Of a stretch of DNA of 39,999 nt, positions 25,554 through 32,293 are shown piece by piece (position 1 is the stretch's first letter; each line of letters starts with the position of its first letter). The DNA is taken from IMG/VR virus record IMGVR_UViG_3300028909_000011, one strand, 5' to 3'. Origin of the DNA: a virus. The notes beneath the pieces were generated by a model. The model was not told the DNA's origin, did not search any database, and was given only the letters and a program-made list of their open reading frames with translations. The position numbers and the translations under genes were made by a program.

Positions 25554-26361
25554 CGGCATCTTGACGAGCCTTTTGAGCAATGGACATATTTTTCTTTGCT
25601 TCTGGTGATCTGGTCTTACCTCTATTTGTTTCAGCTATTTTTTTCCTTGTATCTTCCGATACCGGCCTCCCGGTTAATGCCGCGACGATTTTAGCTTTCG
25701 TCTCATCTGTCACTATCCTTGCTCTGCCAATAACAGATAGCTTTTCACGCTGCTCTTGCGACATGGATCGACCGGTTAATGCTGCAGTGATTTTTGACTG
25801 GTGATCAAATGATTTAACTCTTCCTTTATGGAATAGCGAAACCTTTTCTTTGTGCTCATTAGATAATTTTCTCCCGGTAGTTGCGGCCGATATTTTTTCT
25901 CTTTGCTCTGGCGTTCTGATTGATCCGGTATTTGCTATAGAAATTTTTTTACGAGATTCTTCGCCAAGAGTATGACCTCTACTTTTCTCCCCTATAAGCC
26001 TCCGAGTTTCTGCGCTTGGGGACGTCCCCTTTCTTCCTTTTAGTGCTTGCGATATCTTCTTTCTAACTTCGGGCATGAGTGACGGGGATATGTCTCCACC
26101 AGTAGTCATGTTATAGCCTCCGGGAGCCAGCGACCCAGCCTCAGCTATGAATCTAATCTCCTCGTCATGCAAAATATCATTACCGACCTCTGCAAGAGTT
26201 GATACGGATGGATCTCCATATTTTCTCCACGCATGGTAGATCGCTTGATTTTGGTATTTTGATGAGGATTTATGCTCGGCGTAGCGAGAATCTACGGTTT
26301 TTGTAGTAAGACCAACATATTTTTTGCCATTTGAAAACTCAAGACAATAGATAAAGCCCAT
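25531..26361 (-). CDS. GIY-YIG homing endonuclease with about 10 tandem NUMOD3-like repeats
   Basis: 276 aa. GFIYCLEFSNGKKYVGLT...RYAEHK...YNMTTGG is a GIY-YIG core. Ten roughly 17-aa units of the form x-E-x-R-x-K-I-S-x-A-x-x-G-R follow. The 3' end overlaps the lipase 3' end by 23 bp. Confidence 0.85.
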   Translation of the reverse strand: MGFIYCLEFSNGKKYVGLTTKTVDSRYAEHKSSSKYQNQAIYHAWRKYGDPSVSTLAEVGNDILHDEEIRFIAEAGSLAPGGYNMTTGGDISPSLMPEVRKKISQALKGRKGTSPSAETRRLIGEKSRGHTLGEESRKKISIANTGSIRTPEQREKISAATTGRKLSNEHKEKVSLFHKGRVKSFDHQSKITAALTGRSMSQEQREKLSVIGRARIVTDETKAKIVAALTGRPVSEDTRKKIAETNRGKTRSPEAKKNMSIAQKARQDAVRRRTMP

Positions 26362-26465
26362 CTTTGATACCCTTCACGGTAGTTTGATTTGGTGCCGGTA
26401 ATCCTCATGTGAAGATGAGGAAACGGTTGCAACCGCTGTCCCGACATTGAAATTATACAGTTACA

Positions 26466-26585
26466 TCAATAAATCCTGACGTGATCGGCTATAAAAAGGC
26501 CGACATATTTCAGCGATTCAATAACCACCCATCCTGCGCCCGAAAGTATGGCGCATACCGTGAGCCATATCAGTTTTTCGCGCAT
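26466..26585 (-). CDS. Small hydrophobic hypothetical protein
   Basis: 39 aa: MREKLIWLTVCAILSGAGWVVIESLKYVGLFIADHVRIY. Overlaps the upstream gene end by 16 nt. Confidence 0.3.
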   Translation of the reverse strand: MREKLIWLTVCAILSGAGWVVIESLKYVGLFIADHVRIY

Positions 26586-26917
26586 GGTGCAGCTCCAAAG
26601 AAAGCCACGCACAGAGCATCTCTAAAAGGCTTTACGCTGCTAGTCTGCGCAAACGCTTCTGCTTCGTGACTCACTACTGGGTGATATTGACCAGTACCTT
26701 GATACTGTACATGTACCCCCCCCGCTTTGATGCTAACGCGTCCGACTTCTATCAGCGCACCAGCCTCACGCAAATGGACCACATACGGACGTAATCCAGC
26801 AAGCCTTATGCCCATCTCGACGGCGATTTCACGCGATGTCATAGGCTTCTGCACAAGCTCGGTTATGCGCTTTATTTTTGACTTCGCTTGTGCGCTATTG
26901 AAATTGATTCTTCCCAT
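26570..26917 (-). CDS. Winged-helix DNA-binding protein, hypothetical
   Basis: 115 aa. TSREIAVEMGIRLAGLRPYVVHLREAGALIEV resembles a MarR/ArsR-type wHTH. Confidence 0.5.
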   Translation of the reverse strand: MGRINFNSAQAKSKIKRITELVQKPMTSREIAVEMGIRLAGLRPYVVHLREAGALIEVGRVSIKAGGVHVQYQGTGQYHPVVSHEAEAFAQTSSVKPFRDALCVAFFGAAPCAKN

Positions 26918-27007
26918 ATTTCCCTCACCTAAAAATGAAATAGAAAACCGCGCCCATCACCGCAGCCGATGAGACCCATGCGAGTAGGTGTATTTGTCGC
27001 GGAGTCA

Positions 27008-27205
27008 TCAGAATTCCTCCGTTCGCTGAGTCCGTCGATTCCATTTCGCAGTGAGTGCTGGCCGTGGGTCTGCGCCGCCAAGCGATAGCATAGGCGTTGC
27101 AACACATAGGTCAACACACATGATGTAGGCGATACGCTCACTTAGCAGTTCTTGATAGACCGCTGGCTGCCCGCAGCATGGGCAGCATTCGAGTTCTTTA
27201 TTCAT
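27008..27205 (-). CDS. lar: Lar-family restriction alleviation protein (putative)
   Basis: 65 aa. An N-terminal CCPCCG zinc-ribbon-like motif, a second Cys pair, and a C-terminal ...LTAKWNRRT, as in Lar family members (CPFCG...WNRR). Confidence 0.55.
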   Translation of the reverse strand: MNKELECCPCCGQPAVYQELLSERIAYIMCVDLCVATPMLSLGGADPRPALTAKWNRRTQRTEEF

Positions 27206-27639
27206 GGTTTCATTTCCCGTAAAGTCTCACCTTTAGTCAATTCCAGAATACGCGCCCGAAGCTGCGTAATCTGCCGCTTTGCCTGCGATAGATCAAGTAC
27301 ATCGTCATAGCCCATATTCAGAGATTGCGCTTGGTCTGCGAGCGATTGCAGCGGGTCCGTCTTGCACCGCTCAGGATAGTCCGCAGGATCAGCCCATGTC
27401 TGCGTGCCTTTCTCGACCATTGTGTCATGCTCGGCTTGGTCGAACGTCGGCGCAACTGTCAAGGAATCCTTGACAGTTGGAAGTGATGCAATAGCGGCCT
27501 CAATCTTGCGCACCTCTTCGTCAACGGCATCGTTCTCCTTCATAACGTACGAAAGTGGATTTCTGTGTTGCATGGTTACGCGCAGCTTCGCATATTTCAT
27601 CCCGATTTCCAGCGCCTCGCGCAGTTCTTCATTGCTCAT
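27202..27639 (-). CDS. Hypothetical protein
   Basis: 145 aa from ATG 27639 (AAGGAG 7 nt upstream). ATGA overlap with the Lar-like gene. Confidence 0.55.
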   Translation of the reverse strand: MSNEELREALEIGMKYAKLRVTMQHRNPLSYVMKENDAVDEEVRKIEAAIASLPTVKDSLTVAPTFDQAEHDTMVEKGTQTWADPADYPERCKTDPLQSLADQAQSLNMGYDDVLDLSQAKRQITQLRARILELTKGETLREMKP

Positions 27640-27842
27640 TCTGATTCTCCTTGATGGCATCAATAGCACGCGCAACGAATAGTTCGCAGGTCATCGGCGC
27701 ACTATCGACTTCTACATAGTTGGACCATTCATTAGCAGCATTTAGTGCCGCTTTGCGAATCTCCAAGATGCAGTGTTCCGCATCCTTCGCAGTCTCGGCA
27801 AGCTGGCGCGATCAGTGGCACTTCTTTGACGTATGCATCCAT
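27629..27842 (-). pseudogene. Apparently frameshifted small early gene
   Basis: ATG 27842 (GAGGA 5 nt upstream) opens MDAYVKEVPLIAP..., which ends after 36 codons. A second frame, blocked by TGA at 27812-27814, continues ...QLAETAKDAEHCILEIRKAALNAANEWSNYVEVDSAPMTCELFVARAIDAIKENQNEQ and ends in an 11-nt overlap with the next gene start. Confidence 0.4.
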
Positions 27843-27850
27843 AATCATCC

Positions 27851-28927
27851 TCAGTAAGAAATTGCAACAGCGGGAATCTTGCCTTGCGCGATCAGCGTTA
27901 CCGCCAGCTTTGCGCACTCCGCAGTCATGCCGCCAGCCACAAATGCGTCAAGTGCAGCACTGTTGATCTTGCGAAGATGGGCCTTGTTGGCCTCACGCTT
28001 GGCAGTTGCATCTGCCTCTGCTTGCAAAACGGCGGCTGCGCGATCCTTTTCATCCTGAATAGCTTTGAGCCTCGATTGCTCGGCACGTTCCTCTGTGTCC
28101 TTGATATCCTGCGCGGCTTTCTGCTCGGCCTCGACACGTTTGCGTTCCGACGTTTCAGCGTCCAGCTTCAATTGCAACTCGCGGCGTTCGGCGTCTTCGC
28201 GCTCCTTCTTCGATCTAGCTTCGGAATCTGCAATGGCCTGCGCCGCCTTTTTCGCTGCGGCCTCTGCGCGCTCCGTGGTTTCGGCCTGAGTTTTGCGTAC
28301 TGCCTCGGCTGCAATCGCGTCGTCACGGTCTTTCTGCGCGCGTGCCGCTGATTCTGCGCGTAGTCGTTCGAGTTCGGCAGCTTCATCGTCGCTCTTGATG
28401 CGCAGCATTAGGCAGGAACGAAGTTGTTCTAAGCGATTCTCTTTTGCGCGCATAGCCTCCACTTCAAGCTCTTCAAAGTCGGCGCCAATCTTCATCGATT
28501 CGATGCCCTCAATTCCCGCGCGCAAATCGTCCTGCGTCTGAGCTAGGGCGTGAAATTCTACGATAGCAGCAACACGGGCTTGCAATGCGGCTTGGCGATC
28601 CGTCTCGCGCTGCTCAATTTCGTCAAGAGGCTCTTGATGAACCTTGATCATGGCTTCGATACGCGATTCAATCTCTGATGCCTCGGAATCCACGGCACGG
28701 CCTTTTTTAAGGTATTCGGCTTTGGCCTCCTTGCGGGTGCGCTCCAATGCACCTTTGGTCAGCCGCAGCGTGTTGATATGGCTACGCGCTTCCTTGTTAC
28801 CTTTTTTCGTCTCATACGCAAAGACGAGGGTGGAGTTGTTCTGCTCCAGTTCGGCAAGTTGCGAGTAAAACGGCGCATACTCGGCAACGGCAGTCTTGCT
28901 TGGTGCGTCGATGATTTCCTGTGTCAT
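27851..28927 (-). CDS. Charged coiled-coil protein (DUF1351-like, recombination-module associated)
   Basis: 358 aa, extremely Glu/Ala/Lys/Arg-rich. It sits next to exonuclease/RecT, where DUF1351-type proteins occur. Confidence 0.45.
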   Translation of the reverse strand: MTQEIIDAPSKTAVAEYAPFYSQLAELEQNNSTLVFAYETKKGNKEARSHINTLRLTKGALERTRKEAKAEYLKKGRAVDSEASEIESRIEAMIKVHQEPLDEIEQRETDRQAALQARVAAIVEFHALAQTQDDLRAGIEGIESMKIGADFEELEVEAMRAKENRLEQLRSCLMLRIKSDDEAAELERLRAESAARAQKDRDDAIAAEAVRKTQAETTERAEAAAKKAAQAIADSEARSKKEREDAERRELQLKLDAETSERKRVEAEQKAAQDIKDTEERAEQSRLKAIQDEKDRAAAVLQAEADATAKREANKAHLRKINSAALDAFVAGGMTAECAKLAVTLIAQGKIPAVAISY

Positions 28928-29553
28928 GATTTAGCCCTCAAAATTGCTTCGTTTGCTGCAACCTTCGCGGAGAATTTCATCAGGTCTTCGACCATGGAAT
29001 CAATGAAATTGTCATCGCGCATTACCCGGCGCCGGAATATTTGCTTGCCGATTCGCTCAAGTTGCGGGCAGTACATAACGAAGTCACACCACTTGCGGCC
29101 CGTTACCCACATTCCGCCCTGCATCTGGTGCATGTATTTCGACATGTCGCCGTCGCGCCACATGTCGATAATGCCGATAGCGCTCGCGAGACACTTGATT
29201 TCGATCATTCCGTCGTCTTCGATAAATCCATCTGTCGAATAGCCGAATAGTCGATCATCGGTCAGTATCACACCTGATTCCGACGCGAGATTGCCAGTCT
29301 CAGCCTCGTAGGCCATGCGGGCGAATGGCTCCAACTCGGTCCCGCGCTTCATCTGCCACGAATTGAAAACTTCGTCGCATGGCTGGCCGCTGATACGCTC
29401 GATTGCTACCTGGGCGGCATAAAGTGTCGATTGGGCTGTCGGCAACCCTTTGGCCGTGGTTTCTATGGCATCGCGGTACTTGCTGGCGGTTATCACGCCA
29501 CATCTGGCAGCATGCCAAGATTCGCTTCCTTGCTCACAAATTATCTCGATCAT
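28924..29553 (-). CDS. YqaJ-type viral recombinase exonuclease
   Basis: 209 aa from ATG 29553. GSESWHAARCGVITASK...MKRGTELEP...GYSTDGFIEDDGMIEIKC is the YqaJ/lambda-exo-like PD-(D/E)xK pattern. Confidence 0.8.
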   Translation of the reverse strand: MIEIICEQGSESWHAARCGVITASKYRDAIETTAKGLPTAQSTLYAAQVAIERISGQPCDEVFNSWQMKRGTELEPFARMAYEAETGNLASESGVILTDDRLFGYSTDGFIEDDGMIEIKCLASAIGIIDMWRDGDMSKYMHQMQGGMWVTGRKWCDFVMYCPQLERIGKQIFRRRVMRDDNFIDSMVEDLMKFSAKVAANEAILRAKS

Positions 29554-29554
29554 C

Positions 29555-30544
29555 TCAATCTCCCCCTTGAACGTATTCGCCGTTTTCTTTATCCATTGCA
29601 TCAACGAATTCGACATCAACAACAGATTCGTTTTTCGCTGGCGCGACATTCTCGACCGTGCGGGCCACTTCTTTTTCCTGCATAGACAATCGATGTGATG
29701 CAATCGCTTCTTTCAGGCGCTTGTGATCAGCCGGTTGCTTGACCAGCTTTCCGTTATTGTCCTTCCAGTATTGGAGTGCGTCGGCATCGGTGGCAGTAGC
29801 GCGGGCGGCGATAATCAGCGGCTCAACATCGACGGAGACTACATCGACGTCGCCCATGTTGCGCACCTGCTGCGCCTGCTTGTTGCCGTCTTCGAGTTCG
29901 TCTCGTGTGTAGACGCCCAGGATCACATCAGGAGCGTACAGGCGCGTCCAGCGCTTCACAGCTAAGTATGCCAACTGCTGCTTTGGATCGGTCGCCCACA
30001 GCGGCGAATTGCGGACACTAGCTTGCTCAAGCAATAGATCCATGATGCGCGGTTCGACCTCTCCTTTTAGTGTCGCCCATACCCGAATGCCTATACCCTT
30101 CTCGGCGGACATGCTGTAATCCGGCACGCGGAATTCGTAGGCCTTTTTGCCATCCTTGGCGGCAACTTGGACGACCTTGGTTTTGCCAATGATGTTTTCC
30201 CACGGGCCGTACCATTCGTAATTGAATCGATCTTCGGTGACGCCGCTGGATTGGATCACGGCATTGACTAGCTGGGCCTCATAGCCAAGCACGCCGTTGA
30301 CCGTGTGCGTCTTCTGCGCGACGGCGAAAGGATTCATGCGCCATTGTATTGCCTGCATAACGATGCCCATGCAATCGCCAACATTGCCCTTTAGATGATC
30401 TGGTATCGTTGACTTGCCTTTTGCCATGACCTCGGCCATGCGATACATCGAGTCCATGCTTGCCGAATCGAGTATCAGTGCGCCGCTGGATTGCGATACC
30501 ACATTCAATTCTTGCGTCTGTACTTCTGTGATTTCATTACTCAT
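29555..30544 (-). CDS. recT: RecT-family single-strand annealing protein
   Basis: About 329 aa from ATG 30544. ...AEVMAKGKSTIPDHLKGNVGDCMGIVMQAIQWRMNPFAVAQKTHTVNGVLGYEAQL is RecT-like. Paired with the YqaJ exonuclease. Confidence 0.8.
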   Translation of the reverse strand: MSNEITEVQTQELNVVSQSSGALILDSASMDSMYRMAEVMAKGKSTIPDHLKGNVGDCMGIVMQAIQWRMNPFAVAQKTHTVNGVLGYEAQLVNAVIQSSGVTEDRFNYEWYGPWENIIGKTKVVQVAAKDGKKAYEFRVPDYSMSAEKGIGIRVWATLKGEVEPRIMDLLLEQASVRNSPLWATDPKQQLAYLAVKRWTRLYAPDVILGVYTRDELEDGNKQAQQVRNMGDVDVVSVDVEPLIIAARATATDADALQYWKDNNGKLVKQPADHKRLKEAIASHRLSMQEKEVARTVENVAPAKNESVVDVEFVDAMDKENGEYVQGGD

Positions 30545-30580
30545 TTTCACCCCTAGTTATTATTCGATTGCCCAAAGAAA

Positions 30581-30646
30581 AAGGCATTTAGAGCATGTTC
30601 GCCGGGGTGAGAACCGGAACAACTTTGAACACGCTTTAAATGCCTT
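30581..30646. other. Long imperfect inverted repeat / compound hairpin upstream of recT
   Basis: AAGGCATTTAGAGC (30581-30594) pairs with GCTTTAAATGCCTT (30633-30646): 13 Watson-Crick pairs plus one G-T. An inner CCGG-N7-CCGG hairpin lies at 30602-30616. The element sits in a 228-nt ORF-poor gap. Confidence 0.5.
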
Positions 30647-30772
30647 CTGTTACGTCAGTGTCTCACCAATGACGATGCGAAATCTTAATGCAATACGGCA
30701 ACACAAGCAACAAAATTCACAACAATTTCCGCAACTTCTCCCGCGCATGCCGGATGTCGGCCTGGATCGCTT

Positions 30773-30964
30773 CTACGTGGTCCGTACAAGTTGCAGACCA
30801 GAGGCTATTGCCCATGACTTTGATGGTGCGGCGGTAGTACCATCGCTTAACGGCTTTCCACATATCGGACTCCAATTGTTGATGGTTCGTATCCATGCCT
30901 GCTCGCGGGCGATGATTGCGGCGTGGCGGGCGATGATTTCAGAATCTGATAATTTATGGCTCAT
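30773..30964 (-). CDS. Hypothetical protein
   Basis: 63 aa from ATG 30964, overlapping the upstream gene end by 11 nt. Confidence 0.4.
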   Translation of the reverse strand: MSHKLSDSEIIARHAAIIAREQAWIRTINNWSPICGKPLSDGTTAAPSKSWAIASGLQLVRTT

Positions 30965-31379
30965 CGCACACCTTTTTCGTTGGGCATTCATAGCACTTGC
31001 TATCAGGGCCATTCGTGCCGATGCCGGTGTCTTGGCAAGAGTGGCAGTGCGGCTCGTCGTCTTCATCAGCTATGCGGCGCACCCATATCCAAACTGGCCC
31101 GTCTTCCGTTTCGTGGATCGAAAGTGTGAACCAGCCTTTGCCATCGGGCGGATCTGGGTTCCATCCGATAACGCCAGCGCATTCCTCTTCAAAATAGGCG
31201 CGATATGCGGGGTGCGATTCATCCTCGCTTTCTAGGAATGTTTGCGAGTACTCAAGGCGTTGCTCGTCCTTCCACTCGCCCCATGCCTCATAATCCTCAT
31301 CTAAATCCGGCAATCCAGGATGCGACCAATAGCCATCGGAGTAACGCTCGACAGCAACCGCTTCAATTAACTCATTCAT
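30954..31379 (-). CDS. Highly acidic hypothetical protein with a C-terminal Cys cluster
   Basis: 141 aa with many D/E/W residues (DLDEDYEAWGEWKDE..., ADEDDEPHCHSCQDTG...CYECP). Confidence 0.6.
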   Translation of the reverse strand: MNELIEAVAVERYSDGYWSHPGLPDLDEDYEAWGEWKDEQRLEYSQTFLESEDESHPAYRAYFEEECAGVIGWNPDPPDGKGWFTLSIHETEDGPVWIWVRRIADEDDEPHCHSCQDTGIGTNGPDSKCYECPTKKVCDEP

Positions 31380-31536
31380 AATTCACCCCATTTTCACGGT
31401 CAATTTCTTTACAGTGCTTGCAAGGCGATTCAATCGATACCCGATGCTGGCATACCGGGATTTTTATGTCACCAGTGCGCAGCGGCTCGGGATTCGGGTA
31501 GGCCAGGATGTAGTCCTGGATTTCTTGCGGCGTCAT
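31372..31536 (-). CDS. Small hypothetical protein
   Basis: 54 aa, not in the ORF track: MTPQEIQDYILAYPNPEPLRTGDIKIPVCQHRVSIESPCKHCKEIDRENGVNYE. ATGA overlap upstream, and its stop overlaps the next start. Confidence 0.45.
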   Translation of the reverse strand: MTPQEIQDYILAYPNPEPLRTGDIKIPVCQHRVSIESPCKHCKEIDRENGVNYE

Positions 31537-31796
31537 GATTCCTCCGGCAGCTTATTTACCATGATAGCAAACCGCATCAGCGTGTCTCGCGCATCTTCGA
31601 ATTTCTTCATTGCTGCCTGCATGCTTTCGCAAGCAGTTTTAATCTGATAAGAGAAGTCATATCCCTCGCCAAGATTCATTTTGTCGCCAACTTCAAGCCG
31701 TTTCATGTTGCCGTAATACTTGTCAGCCACCTTTTCAAGTTCGGTATGCGATACCGTGACGATGTAATCTTCCTTTGTTTTACCGATGACATTCAT
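31533..31796 (-). CDS. Hypothetical protein
   Basis: 87 aa, in the packed early-left operon. Confidence 0.55.
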   Translation of the reverse strand: MNVIGKTKEDYIVTVSHTELEKVADKYYGNMKRLEVGDKMNLGEGYDFSYQIKTACESMQAAMKKFEDARDTLMRFAIMVNKLPEES

Positions 31797-31797
31797 T

Positions 31798-31905
31798 TCA
31801 AAACCCCCAAAAGAATTGCAAATATCCGATCATCAGCAAAAGCGCCACCAGGATCAGGCCCCATGCTATCGGACGGGCGTCTAGCCATGCTAGGATTCGG
31901 TTCAT
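31798..31905 (-). CDS. Small single-TM hypothetical protein
   Basis: 35 aa: MNRILAWLDARPIAWGLILVALLLMIGYLQFFWGF. Its stop lies 1 nt before the next ATG. Confidence 0.35.
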   Translation of the reverse strand: MNRILAWLDARPIAWGLILVALLLMIGYLQFFWGF

Positions 31906-31918
31906 TCAGCACCTCGCC

Positions 31919-32269
31919 TTAAATCGGAATGTCGTCGTCGTAAATGTCGGATAACATCGGCTCTTGCGGACCAGGAACCTCGGCGGCCGGCGACATCTCC
32001 AAGCACAGCAGCGACTCGATGCGCTCTTTCAGATTCCGAACCTTCTTGTGATAATCATCGGCCATGGAATCTAACTTCTTTTCGATGGCCGCGACCTCGG
32101 CGGCGACGGCGTTGAAATTTTCCGGCACAGTGAATTTAACTGTGTGCGGCACCACGGTTATGTAGCCGTTATTCGTCATCTCATATTCGGAATGCATGAC
32201 AGTTCCATATTCTGACATTACGATGAATCCAGGAATTTCGAATTCCTGACCTGCGATTAGATTTTTCAT
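31919..32269 (-). CDS. Hypothetical protein ending in an SSB-like acidic tip (DDDIPI)
   Basis: 116 aa. The C-terminus ...PMLSDIYDDDIPI compares with the bacterial SSB C-terminal tip ...DFDDDIPF. Confidence 0.6.
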   Translation of the reverse strand: MKNLIAGQEFEIPGFIVMSEYGTVMHSEYEMTNNGYITVVPHTVKFTVPENFNAVAAEVAAIEKKLDSMADDYHKKVRNLKERIESLLCLEMSPAAEVPGPQEPMLSDIYDDDIPI

Positions 32270-32293
32270 GTATTCCCCCTTTAGTTATATGAC

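Noticed and set aside
30655-30753. A Cys-rich 32-codon minus-strand ORF (MRGRSCGNCCEFCCLCCRIALRF...).
   Set aside because: It has no SD and implausible composition. It lies in a region better explained as structured non-coding spacer.
30414-31235. A 273-aa plus-strand ORF.
   Set aside because: It is antisense to RecT, the spacer and two minus-strand genes. It starts with a non-ATG codon, has odd composition and has no motifs. It runs against the operon direction.
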